The notes under the pieces are model-generated. The model saw nothing but the letters and a program-made list of their open reading frames with translations, was not told the DNA's origin and did no database searches. A program made the translations under genes and the position numbers. Positions 49,352 to 59,164 of a stretch of 64,000 nucleotides of DNA are shown here, one piece after another (position 1 is the first letter of the stretch; each line of letters starts with the position of its first letter). Source of the stretch: an uncultured virus (IMG/VR IMGVR_UViG_3300012209_000001) (lineage: Duplodnaviria > Heunggongvirae > Uroviricota > Caudoviricetes); the IMG/VR virus record IMGVR_UViG_3300012209_000001; one strand, given 5' to 3'.

Positions 49352-49594
49352 TTATTGCATCCAGTAATTGGCAAGATTTGATGTTGTCGGCTTCTTCGCC
49401 TTCGTACGTCGCAACTTCTTCCATTCATCAATGTGCATCAAATTCTCTGGCTTCATCCAGACATGCCGCTTAAAGTAGACGGCAATGTAACCCTCTTTCA
49501 TCTGGATAGCAGGAAGGTCCATCACCTCGCCGTAGTTCTTTGGATCGGTTTCATTGCGCTTGATCACTTTGTCACCTGGATTGAATGCGGTCAT
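49352..49594 (-). CDS. Hypothetical SH3-like protein
   Basis: FNPGDKV motif; GAGG RBS. Confidence 0.55.
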   Translation of the reverse strand: MTAFNPGDKVIKRNETDPKNYGEVMDLPAIQMKEGYIAVYFKRHVWMKPENLMHIDEWKKLRRTKAKKPTTSNLANYWMQ

Positions 49595-49685
49595 ATCCTC
49601 ACCTCCCGTGATGTATACTATCCTCAGTGGTTGTGTGGTGCGCGTTGGCTTTATCTTTTGCCGGAGTTGGCAACGCGCACCCAGG

Positions 49686-49904
49686 CTATGCTGCCTGTTT
49701 CTTTTTCCTTGGATTGGTTCTCTGTATCTCTGCCCTCTGTCTCTGCTGCTGTTCATATTCTTGAATATCTTCCAATGTAAAACGCCATTCGCGTCCAGCT
49801 TTAAAACCCTTCAAGTCCCCCCTCCTAATGAGATTAAAAATGGTGCGTTCACTTACTCTCAATCTTTGCTGTACTTGCTTAACATCAAGCAACTCTTCAC
49901 TCAT
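49686..49904 (-). CDS. Excisionase-type HTH DNA-binding protein
   Basis: LLDVKQV..RLRVSERTI..LIRRGDL.G.KAGREWR. Confidence 0.85.
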   Translation of the reverse strand: MSEELLDVKQVQQRLRVSERTIFNLIRRGDLKGFKAGREWRFTLEDIQEYEQQQRQRAEIQRTNPRKKKQAA

Positions 49905-50158
49905 GCGATGCCTCCCAGTTTAGTTATCGGTAATTGCTTTCATTATTCTACCTTTATTTTATCCGTATTGTCAATATTTTCAAGAATACATAGGAAAAAG
50001 GTTGCATTTGGTTGCAAGATAATGTATACTGGAATTGTACCAAGAAATGAGGTACACAAAAACAAAAGCCCTTCCTCGGGAAAGGAAAGGCTCTAGCTCA
50101 ACGAGACGCCTAGCAATTGGAACCTGATAAGCGTCTCTACAAGGAGAATCATACCATC

Positions 50159-50545
50159 ATGTCTCAAACGAATCAAGCAGCAACCAACCAAGTACCACAG
50201 TCAACAACCCTCACTCGTGAGCACCTGCGCAAGCACCTCAAAGTTGGCAGTCAGCCTGCCGACGAAGAAACCATTTCGCGCATCCTATCTGCTAACAGGC
50301 ATCCTCAACCGACGACAACGCGCGGATCTCTGGCTACAAGTCGTCCATTTAGCCTGCTGAGATAGGGAGGTGCTGAGATGAAAACATACGAAGAACTTGC
50401 GAGCCTCATTTGGCGGGACCCCGCCACACTCGACGAGGAGGAAATCGAAGGCTTCTTGCAAGTAGCCGAAGTACAAGAAGCGCTTGACCGAGACAATTTC
50501 ATGGCATTGGCAGCAATGGGGCACTACGTGGAAGATGCCGCATGA
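50159..50545 (+). CDS. Two small proteins (50159-50365; 50378-50545 acidic)
   Basis: AAGGAG and GGGAGG RBS; second translated by hand. Confidence 0.55.
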
Positions 50546-50594
50546 ACAGTTTCACCACAACGGGGCAGTCCTTTAACCGGGACTGCCTTGGGTA

Positions 50595-51938
50595 AATCGG
50601 TTGCAGGAAACTAGTGTTTTACCAGCGCTAATCTTCTCAGTCAGAAATGAAGAGTATGAAAACATTCAAGTACAGGCTCTACCCAACGAAGAAGCAAGAG
50701 GCAACATTGCAATGGACGCTGGCGAGATGTTGCGAGTTGTACAATGCCGCGCTTCAAGAACGTAAAGAAGCCTACAAGTATGCCTGTAGATCAATCAGCA
50801 AGTTTGAACAGATGCGCGATCTCACAATTATCCGCAACGAAATCAGGCCGGAGTATCAAGAAATTGGGCGACATGTTCTCAACAATGTAATCAATCGTGT
50901 CGATCTTGCTTATCAAGCATTCTTTCGTCGGGTCAAAAATGGAGAGAAGGCCGGGTATCCTCGATTCCAGGGACAGAATCGCTATGACTCATTTTGCTAC
51001 CCTGATCAGCAAATGTGGGATGTAGAGGGCAGCAAGCTACACCTGCACAAAATCGGCACACTCAAGATCAAGCTCCACAGACCCATTGTCGGCAAAGTCA
51101 AAACCTGCACAATCAAGCGCGAAGGGCGACACTGGTTTGTGTGCTTTAGTTGTGAGATCGAACAGGGTACAGAGAAGCGAACGCCATATACTGACGATGC
51201 CGTGGGGATTGACTTGGGGCTATACCACTTTGCGGCCCTGTCCTCTGGCGATCTGATCGAAAACCCTCGGCACTATCGAGCCTCTGAGCACAAGTTGATC
51301 AAAGCTCAACAATCCCTCTCTCGCAAAAAGAAGAGAAACCAAAAGAGCGGGTGCAAAGGCAATCGACGTAGAAAGACTGCTCAACGCTTAGGTCGGCACC
51401 ATCGCAAGATTAGAAATCAGCGACAAGACTTCTTGCATAAGCAGTCCCGTTGGCTGGTGGATACCTATGAAACCATAGTATTCGAGGATCTAGAACCATC
51501 TAAAATGAGCAGGGCCCCGAAACCTAAGCAGGATGAGACGACAGGTGAATACTTACCCAATGGGGCAGCAGTCAAGGCTGGTTTGAATAAGTCAATTCTG
51601 GACGCAGGATGGTCCACCTTTGTAGCTATGTGCGAGTCCAAGGCAGCATGTGCCGGGACTGTGCAGATCGTGAAGGTGGACCCCTACAAAACCAGTCAGG
51701 TGTGTAGCGGTTGTTTGCATGAGGGGCCGCACAAGAATTTGAGCGAGCGGGTACACACGTGCGAGAACTGCGGGCTTGTGCTTGATCGGGACGTAAACGC
51801 GGCAGTGAATATCAGAAATGTGTGGGCTGGCTTGAATCTGCGTCCTGCTAAGAAAACAAAGAAAGCCCGGGCTCGGACGGAGCCTTCAGGGGACGCGCCC
51901 CTGAGAAGCCTCTAGCGCAAGCTTGGGGGAGTCGTCAC
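50595..51938 (+). mobile_element. tnpB-only (IS1341-like) element; right end / omegaRNA ends ...GTCGTCAC
   Basis: Subterminal hairpin then TCAC at 51935-51938; no tnpA; left end uncertain. Confidence 0.6.
50647..51915 (+). CDS. tnpB: TnpB RNA-guided endonuclease (IS200/IS605 family)
   Basis: FKYRLYPT, GIDLG, VFEDL, TSQVCSGC, DRDVNAA; all three RuvC acidic residues present. Confidence 0.95.
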   Translation: MKSMKTFKYRLYPTKKQEATLQWTLARCCELYNAALQERKEAYKYACRSISKFEQMRDLTIIRNEIRPEYQEIGRHVLNNVINRVDLAYQAFFRRVKNGEKAGYPRFQGQNRYDSFCYPDQQMWDVEGSKLHLHKIGTLKIKLHRPIVGKVKTCTIKREGRHWFVCFSCEIEQGTEKRTPYTDDAVGIDLGLYHFAALSSGDLIENPRHYRASEHKLIKAQQSLSRKKKRNQKSGCKGNRRRKTAQRLGRHHRKIRNQRQDFLHKQSRWLVDTYETIVFEDLEPSKMSRAPKPKQDETTGEYLPNGAAVKAGLNKSILDAGWSTFVAMCESKAACAGTVQIVKVDPYKTSQVCSGCLHEGPHKNLSERVHTCENCGLVLDRDVNAAVNIRNVWAGLNLRPAKKTKKARARTEPSGDAPLRSL

Positions 51939-52276
51939 ATCTCATAGCGATCATGAAGCACGCGAAGACCGTTGAGGAGATAAATAGCCTCTACGATTAC
52001 GTAGAGAGGAGAATTATCGAGGAGGGCAAGAGAGATCAGACGGTCTACCCTGGAAATCTTGCTAACAAGAGATACCTGGCAGGCTGGCTACAAGAGAAAG
52101 AGCGTTCAGTCACTACTTATTACGGCAATGATCAGGATAGCCCACCGGAGGAAATGGCGTCCGCCACCTCGGGCGTCCAGCGCAGCACCCGGCGAGCCAG
52201 AAAGCATCAGGAAGGGTTTATAGTTGAAGGCCCATTAGCAGGGCAGCCGGAGTATGACGCGGACCCATGGACATAG
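51939..52276 (+). CDS. Hypothetical protein, possibly split by the tnpB element
   Basis: Frame is open right up to the element end. Confidence 0.45.
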
Positions 52277-52296
52277 CAAACAGAAAGGATAAGATC

Positions 52297-52422
52297 ATGG
52301 ATATCGAAGACATGCAAGCACAATATGAAGAATTGTGTGAGTTTGAGGAATTGACAGAGGAAGAGTTTTTGGAAGTGGAAGAGTTGTATGAAATGCTCTA
52401 TCCAGATGCAGTAGAGCAGTAA
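52297..52422 (+). CDS. Highly acidic 41-aa peptide
   Basis: GAAAGGA RBS; 17 D/E residues and no K/R. Confidence 0.6.
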   Translation: MDIEDMQAQYEELCEFEELTEEEFLEVEELYEMLYPDAVEQ

Positions 52423-52514
52423 TCGTAGTGTGGACCGGGCCAGCCGCACACTGGCCCTTAGCCGCGAGGTGTTCCAGAGAGAGATCCGTAGCAACCCGCA
52501 AGGAAAAGTATACC

Positions 52515-53482
52515 ATGAGTGAAATGACCAATATGGCAGTAGCAATTCAGCGAGCCTACTGCAAACAAATCTTAGAGCAGGTCAAGCAGCACCATCACAC
52601 GCTGTCCGACCTGCGTGAACAAGCCCGTTGCCATGAAGCGTTATGTGAGAGTGAGAATGAACCGCAGGCAACGATGGACGACCCCTACTACTTGGGGCTA
52701 TGTGATGCGATCGCGGCATTGTCGCAACACGCTAACGTGGATGAGGCGATCAATCTGTTGTATGGTCCTGAGCAACTTGTCATGAGAATGTGTGATAGGG
52801 AGGATTAGGGTAATGCGGCGATACGATTGCAATCTGGGAGATTGGGAGCATACATCAGCCTATCATCTCATCCCGGCAGGGGAACAACTGAAACGGTTAC
52901 TTGAGGAACAGTGTAGCCTGGAATTTCTCGACAAGTACCAGACATGGTTCGCAGCCAGGGATATCACGCTGCGATATCCCTATGCCCTGGTTAACTTCGT
53001 CTCTTTCGGCATGTATCCAGATGGTGAGGTCTACACGCACCACTGGAGCCTACAGAATATTGGTTCTTGCCAGTATCCACGTTGGCGGCTTGCGACACAG
53101 GATAGCAGAGCGAGACGGATAACACTCATGTTGCCCGAGGGCAAGCCATTGCAACCGATGCTAGAGAAGTGTCTTACGTTGCATCGGTGGCTGATTGATC
53201 GGGAAACGCTTGTGCAGATCGTGGAGGGTTGAGATGGAACTGAAACACGGTGAACAATCAACACCTTGCTGGGTGCCAGCCTTAGCCATTGGAGGCAAGA
53301 AGAAAGACCCGGATGTACCTGGCGTCGTGCTGGAAACAGCATTCAGCGATAGAGGCGACTACATGCTGTGCCGGGTACAGGTTGAAGTCACTGTGACCGG
53401 GCTGGATGGCAAGTCTTATAGCAATAAACGTGTGCACCCGAAACCGATACAGAGTTACAGGCTCAAAAGAAGGATTGACTAG
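52515..53482 (+). CDS. Three hypothetical proteins (52515-52808, 52813-53232, 53234-53482)
   Basis: Tightly packed, RBS-preceded. Confidence 0.55.
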
Positions 53483-53793
53483 CATGAAGCGCGCACCTAA
53501 AGGACAACTAGCGCTTGGGCTGGCCGTGACTCCCATTCAACGCTGCGTGAGTATGTGCCGGGTAGAGGTGTTTGTACCGGCGGAAATCATGGACCTGCCC
53601 GAGTTTCTGGACAAAGCGTTCCAGGGAAAACTCGGCTATGCGGAAGTTATTGTGTTTTGAGGGGTGAACCAGGCTGGGTACAGAAGAACATAAAATCGGA
53701 ACTTGTTGTGGATTACAGATTCGCCGAACACAACAAGTTCCGATTTTGCCTACTCTTGTACATGTGGTGAAGATTTCTGGTTCTTCGATTTTG

Positions 53794-54996
53794 TTACTTG
53801 ATAAAAGGGCTACTTGCAATAAACGGTGGAACTAACTTTCCGCACAATCCACAAAGCCAGTCCTGGTCATTCTGATATTGGCGCAGATTGGAAGGCACGT
53901 TGAAGACGTGTGTCCATGAGTCTGTAGGATGATTGCAAGTAGCTTGCAGGTCAATATCAATGACTTGATCGCAAGCTATAGCATAATCTACTGGCTTATC
54001 TGCCTCTTCTTCTGTAGCTTTGTTCATCTCATCATATTTGGTTATGATAGCGTCGTAGTCTGCCAAAGAAGCATTGACCTGTGTCTTGATCCCTTGAAAC
54101 CGCTCATCATACTTGAGTGTTTCATAGGTACGCTCAAGCTTTATCAGGTTAGTTTTCAATTGCTCGTGATGTTCTTTCGTCTTGGCTAAATCGGCTAATA
54201 TACCGTAGAACGTTAATCCCTTCATTTTGTTTCTCCTTTTATATCTCCCAACTATTCCACTGGATACCCCATTGTAGACGGTCTTTAATTTCCTCTACAG
54301 ACAAAACTGTGTGGCTTGCGTCAAAAGTGAGAATATCGCCTTCGACATGATAAACAAATGGCCGTTGGGATTCAGCAGATCGTGCTTTCCTCATCGCATA
54401 CTCTTCATCTGGCGCATATCTATCGGATTTACTAACATCTCGCAGGTTGATTTGAGTTATCATACTTTCTCATCCTCGTTAATGCCTCCTAATGCTTGAC
54501 GGACCAACTCCATCACAACCGCTTCCTCGGTCAGTTCTGGATTACTGCGTTCTGTGCGCCATTGCTTAGTGAGTTGCGTGAGGTCGCGAGATGCGTCTTT
54601 GTCTACCTTATCCAGGTTCAAGCGTTTGCGTGGCGGTCCTGAGCCAGGCCGCTTTCCTCCCCATTGCTTTGTCATAATGCCCCCTTCATCATAGTGGCGG
54701 GGCCGAAGCCCCGCCATTCTCAACTGCTAGGCTGGAACCGCAACGGCTACAGGCTTGCGAACGCGAATGAGACTAGGAATGTCCCACTTCGAGTAGGAGA
54801 TAGAGATCTCAAGTGATCCGGCTTCCGCCCATTCCCCACTTCTCATGGGAAATTCGGTGGACTGAGAGGCAAAGCCCATAGCTTCAAAACTTGCAACTTT
54901 TTCACCGAAGGCATTGCGGGATGCCTTATCACTTCTTGCATTCCACACACGACGCGCTATCTGCTCAAGTTCTGTTGTTTGAATGAATTTGATCAT
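53794..54996 (-). CDS. Passenger operon: 53794-54225, 54239-54463, 54460-54675 (WGGKRPGSG DNA-binding type), 54727-54996
   Basis: RBS-preceded ORFs; promoter TTGACT-17-TATTAT with TTCAAGATGAA repeats at 55060 and 55082. Confidence 0.65.
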
Positions 54997-55194
54997 TTTA
55001 TTGCTCCTTGCCTCTGGATAAATTCGTTTTACATCTTCGTTACTTGAATAATAACATAATTCAAGATGAAAGTCAATACTTTTCAAGATGAATTTATGCA
55101 TATATTCTAGTTACCACTTTTTCATAGCAGGTGTGGAAGATGTAATACATGGAGAGAGATTACTTCGAGTAAAGAATTTATTTGGATGTAGTAC

Positions 55195-56520
55195 GTGACT
55201 GTAGGCGATCTGTTGAATATGCCTGGCTGGCAGGTTATGGTTGTAGAAGAACACGAGGACCGGTATGTGATCCATGCCCGGCCAGTCTCGTGTGATCCTG
55301 TATGTCCACAATGTGGAAGTTCTGCTGCCGCAAAACACGGAAAAGATCATCAATGTCTCCGCGATCTCACCTGCCACGCGAAGCACGTCTTTATTGAATT
55401 TTCCCGACAACGCTTCCGCTGCCTCATCTGTAAGAAGACTTGGTTTGAACCCCTCTCTGGAGTGGATGAACGACGCTTCGCAACTCTTCGCCTGGTACGC
55501 TACATCCAACAGCAATCTTTGACCCGTACCTTTGCAGCGATTGCGCTTGAATGTGGTCTGGACGAGAAATCCATACGCAACCTTTTCCATGATTATGTGG
55601 AAGAATTGGAGCGCAGCGTTCAGATCGCCACACCGGTCATTATGGGGATGGACGAGCTGCACCTTCTGGGACAAATGCGAGGTGTGATTACCGATGTGCA
55701 GGGAAGATCCTTTGTAGAAGTTCTTCCAGATCGCAAGAAACAAACTATCGTTCGCTACCTTGCCGCGCTTCCAAACAAGGAACAGGTGCAAGTTTGTGTG
55801 ATTGACATGTGGCGACCCTATCTCGATGCGATACAGGAGACATTACCACATGTTACAGTCGTTATTGATAAATTTCATGTAATTAAAAAACTGAATGAAA
55901 TTGTGGAAATGGTGCGTAAAGACATCAGAAGCAGTTTAAGTGAGCGACAAGTACGCCAACTCATGCACGACCGCTTCTTGCTTTTGAAACGCCCTCGTGA
56001 CCTATCGGAGCGAGATCGGCTTGTTCTTGAAGGATGGCTTGGGACGTTTCCCCGCCTCAAGGCTGCATACAGCTTGAAGGAAGAGTTCTATGAGATCTAT
56101 GATGCTCCTGCAGAAGAAGAGGCATTCGACCGCTTTTTTGCCTGGGAAGATCGCGTCATGGCAAGCTGTGTCTACGATGCGTACCTGGACTTTCTTCTGA
56201 CCATCGAACATTGGGGCGATCAGATATTCGCCTATTTCCGTCATCGCTACACGGGAGGGTTTGTAGAAGCAGCAAATGGGATAGGGCGCGTGATTGATCG
56301 TCAAGGACGTGGCTATTCCTTTGACGTGTTGAGAGCACGATTGTTGTACGGGCAGCGCATGCGTCAACGGAAAGAGCGTACAAGAAAACGAGCCGTCCCT
56401 GATGATCTTCGAGCGCCTATCAGTGTGGATGAACACCTGCCAGATGTTGTGCTATCCACACTCACCTCACCTCTTCAGAGTTCGTGGGAACATGCCCAAA
56501 ACACAACATCTTCCGGTTAG
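55195..56520 (+). CDS. ISL3 transposase
   Basis: CPQCG, MGMDE, VIDMW, VIDKFHV, VEAANG; stop codon lies inside the right TIR. Confidence 0.95.
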   Translation: MTVGDLLNMPGWQVMVVEEHEDRYVIHARPVSCDPVCPQCGSSAAAKHGKDHQCLRDLTCHAKHVFIEFSRQRFRCLICKKTWFEPLSGVDERRFATLRLVRYIQQQSLTRTFAAIALECGLDEKSIRNLFHDYVEELERSVQIATPVIMGMDELHLLGQMRGVITDVQGRSFVEVLPDRKKQTIVRYLAALPNKEQVQVCVIDMWRPYLDAIQETLPHVTVVIDKFHVIKKLNEIVEMVRKDIRSSLSERQVRQLMHDRFLLLKRPRDLSERDRLVLEGWLGTFPRLKAAYSLKEEFYEIYDAPAEEEAFDRFFAWEDRVMASCVYDAYLDFLLTIEHWGDQIFAYFRHRYTGGFVEAANGIGRVIDRQGRGYSFDVLRARLLYGQRMRQRKERTRKRAVPDDLRAPISVDEHLPDVVLSTLTSPLQSSWEHAQNTTSSG

Positions 56521-56770
56521 CCGAAAACTCATTGATCTGGACGCGCCATGTAATACTGTCTCGGTGTATTACGCAGACATTCACCGCGATCTGCGCAGAG
56601 AAGAGACAACGGCGTTGGAGATGGCACGCGAGCGATATGGAGTGTTCTATCGGGTGTTTAGGAGATAGCCATTCTCGATACTTTTTGATATACTATCCCT
56701 GCTGCGGCAAGCAGAACACAAGTGGGCTCGACAGAGAACTATTCTCCACGAGCCCATCACTTTTGAACTA

Positions 56771-57217
56771 TCAATATCGCCAACCTGAATATCCCCGACT
56801 GTAGCCGCCACCTCGCCAGTACCCACCCTGCACAGTAATCGTCAACGGCACCCTGATATTTTGCTGCCTATCGGTGTAATAGTAAGTACCAGGGCGATAC
56901 AGAGTGATTGCCCCTGTTGACCTCCCATTCCAGAGATTCGAGACGATGCTGCCAGTCTGGTCAACAATCATCACAGTTCTGCCAGTCACATTGATAATCG
57001 TCACACATGGTCTGTATAACTGGCAGGTGATATAGGTTGGCGAGAAGTAGTAATTCCCCCGGTTGCCACGTTCCAGATACGTCACAGTACCGTATGCACG
57101 CGATGGTGGGCCGAATGTTGCTGTGTTCGTGTGCGCGCTGGCTGGTGACGATTGTAGCACCAGGCAGAGCAGGGCCAGCAGGAAGCCGATGATGAGCAGG
57201 CGCGATAGTTTGAGCAT
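56771..57217 (-). CDS. Secreted cupredoxin-like protein
   Basis: Signal peptide ending ASA; FSP..I, PGTYYY, LTITV. Confidence 0.6.
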   Translation of the reverse strand: MLKLSRLLIIGFLLALLCLVLQSSPASAHTNTATFGPPSRAYGTVTYLERGNRGNYYFSPTYITCQLYRPCVTIINVTGRTVMIVDQTGSIVSNLWNGRSTGAITLYRPGTYYYTDRQQNIRVPLTITVQGGYWRGGGYSRGYSGWRY

Positions 57218-57229
57218 TGAATAGCCTCT

Positions 57230-57406
57230 CTAAATAAATCCAAACAGGGTAAGAACAACAAACACCAATGCAGGGATAGCCACAATGGTGAAAACGACAC
57301 TACTGATGATATTGTGAGCGATAGCAGAACGAATAGCCTCGCGAGCAGAGAAAGCCAGTCCAATGGCAACAAGAATAAATATTCCGTTGGTGAGAAGATT
57401 ATGCAT
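57230..57406 (-). CDS. Small 2-TM protein (58 aa)
   Basis: GGAGG RBS; MHNLLTNGIFILVAIGLAF... translated by hand. Confidence 0.6.
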   Translation of the reverse strand: MHNLLTNGIFILVAIGLAFSAREAIRSAIAHNIISSVVFTIVAIPALVFVVLTLFGFI

Positions 57407-57420
57407 AAATAATGACCTCC

Positions 57421-57520
57421 AAAAACAAAACGAGCCTGAGAGTGTGTGGCTCTCAGGCTCGTCTCTTGGAAAAGTGGTTTGTGTAAGTGTGTATCTTAGG
57501 CCACAGCCATTCTACCACAG
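57421..57520 (-). promoter_or_regulatory. Extended -10 promoter followed by motif-bearing terminator
   Basis: TGTGGTAGAAT, then CGAGCCTGAGAGCCAC...CTCTCAGGCTCG-TTTTGTTTTT. Confidence 0.65.
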
Positions 57521-58020
57521 ACAGCAAGAGAGCCTGAGTCGGATTTGTTCAGGCTCTCCTACCAGTGAGGGATGATTTTGTAGTTGGGTGGATATAATCA
57601 ATTCGATATCATCACCGCCACCATCATAGCATACATCGACGCATTATACTATATCGTAGCAATCAAGCACACACGATGAATCAATATACTAAATATTGAC
57701 ATATAGGCATATACTAACAAAGCACGCTGACATAAGATAACACGATGCTTAAAGTGAGTACCGTGAAAAATCAACAAGCAAGAATCATGTAAAACTAATT
57801 AGAAGTTGGCGTGCTCTGCCTCTCTCTGTTATACTATCCGCAGCGTGCTGGTCCACACTACATCCCATTTGACTCTTCAAAGTAGAACATAAAATACAAG
57901 ATCCAGCCAGCACGCTTTTTTTATTTTGGGGTATACAAAACGTCTATATGGTAAGAGCCATTGATACAAAACATACTCACGATTTTCTGGATTGCCCTGG
58001 TTCTTCTCGCCGTCGTCGTC

Positions 58021-58790
58021 TTAGTTCGCACTTCCAGCAAATAGCGCAATCAATGGCAACTTGCATGTCCTGCGTGCGCGATTCATGCGGTTGAACTCGT
58101 TGATTGCCCTCACCCGGTCTTCATCATTGGACCAGTCCCACTTGTTGAACGTTTCCATGTATCGCAGTTCAACAATCTCCTCGTCCTCTTTCAATTCCTC
58201 CTCGTAGAACTGATGAAGCAAATCATACACATACCAGTAAAATTCCTCATCTGTGGCTGCATACGCTCTGATGAGTTGACCATCTACAACAATATATCGA
58301 GATAGCGCCCGACTGCTATAAGGCTTTCTCGATACGCTCTCTTGCTTAGGTGCTATGCTTTGTGTCGTCATATTTACCCCCTCTCAACATTCAATTTCTC
58401 CAGATACTTCATAACCGTGGCTAGCCCTGTGCCTGCTGCCCGCTCGAAGTAAGCCAGCCAATCCATCTTACCCGGTCCGATTGTCAACGTAAATGGGTTA
58501 ATACCATTGTCTCGAAACTCGGCAGTCATAGGCACATTCACTCCTTGCCAACCCAATCGCTCGCCAATGTCCATGCCACGTTGCGCATGTTGATGTTCCT
58601 CACACCAACCATTGGGCAGGGCAGGCTCTTTGCATCGTTCAGACTTCATGAGTCGCCCTGATGTCTCTATCGTTGTTTGGAATACACAGCATTTCTCGGG
58701 TGCGGGCGGTGTAGTAGGCTTCTCTGCTTTATGGGCTTGACGCTTCTTCTTTGCTATGAGATCAGTATCACCGAATGTTACCTTTTGCAT
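58021..58790 (-). CDS. Two hypothetical proteins (58021-58371, 58374-58790)
   Basis: In operon with the modification genes. Confidence 0.55.
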
Positions 58791-59164
58791 CCTTGCACCT
58801 CCACTGGATACGCTCGCGCCTTCAGTCTCATCGTTTCCCTCGGCGCAAGCACCAGATCAGCATAGACACGCACCGGAACACCTAACGCCTGCGCACAATC
58901 CAGCGCCACCCGGTCAATCATGCCTTCCATGCTCCTCACAACGATATTTCCAGCCTTATCACGTAACCCGCCCTTGTATTGCTCAAGGTAAGCATAAAGC
59001 CGTCCAATCTCAAGCACAAACGATTCAGGACGATAGACAATCTTGATTGTGCTTTGTGGTTGAGGATTCTTTGAAACGGGACACAAGCCAGAAGGGAGGG
59101 CGAGGATATGCACCTCTACCTTCTGGACGCTTGGGCCGTTGGGTTGAGTGAGCAGTTCGATCAT
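58778..59164 (-). CDS. QueF-like (T-fold) protein
   Basis: LCPVSKNP...IKIVYRP...LE, SME; lacks the canonical E(S/L)K(S/A)hK QueF motif. Confidence 0.7.
   Translation of the reverse strand: MIELLTQPNGPSVQKVEVHILALPSGLCPVSKNPQPQSTIKIVYRPESFVLEIGRLYAYLEQYKGGLRDKAGNIVVRSMEGMIDRVALDCAQALGVPVRVYADLVLAPRETMRLKARAYPVEVQGCKR

Larger units (their letters stand above)
53634..56522 (+). mobile_element. ISL3-family transposon with four passenger genes
   Basis: 26-bp TIRs matching 22/26; 8-bp TSD GAAAACTC at 53626-53633 and 56523-56530. Confidence 0.92.
53484..56668 (+). pseudogene. 95-aa gene split by ISL3 (53484-53633 + 56531-56668)
   Basis: Removing the element and one TSD restores ...DKAFQGKL|IDLDAPCNTV... 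Confidence 0.85.

Noticed and set aside
49686..49904. Excisionase-type HTH as proof of an integration module
   Set aside because: No integrase or att site is visible; the fold is common among phage regulators.
50595..51938. TnpB as Cas12 or as an IStron
   Set aside because: No CRISPR array nearby, and the roughly 50-bp leader is too short for a group I intron core.
55111..55791. 226-aa minus-strand ORF
   Set aside because: Antisense shadow of the second ISL3 transposase.
46999..56522. Two ISL3 copies as one composite transposon
   Set aside because: They have different TIRs and divergent transposases, and the second has its own TSD.
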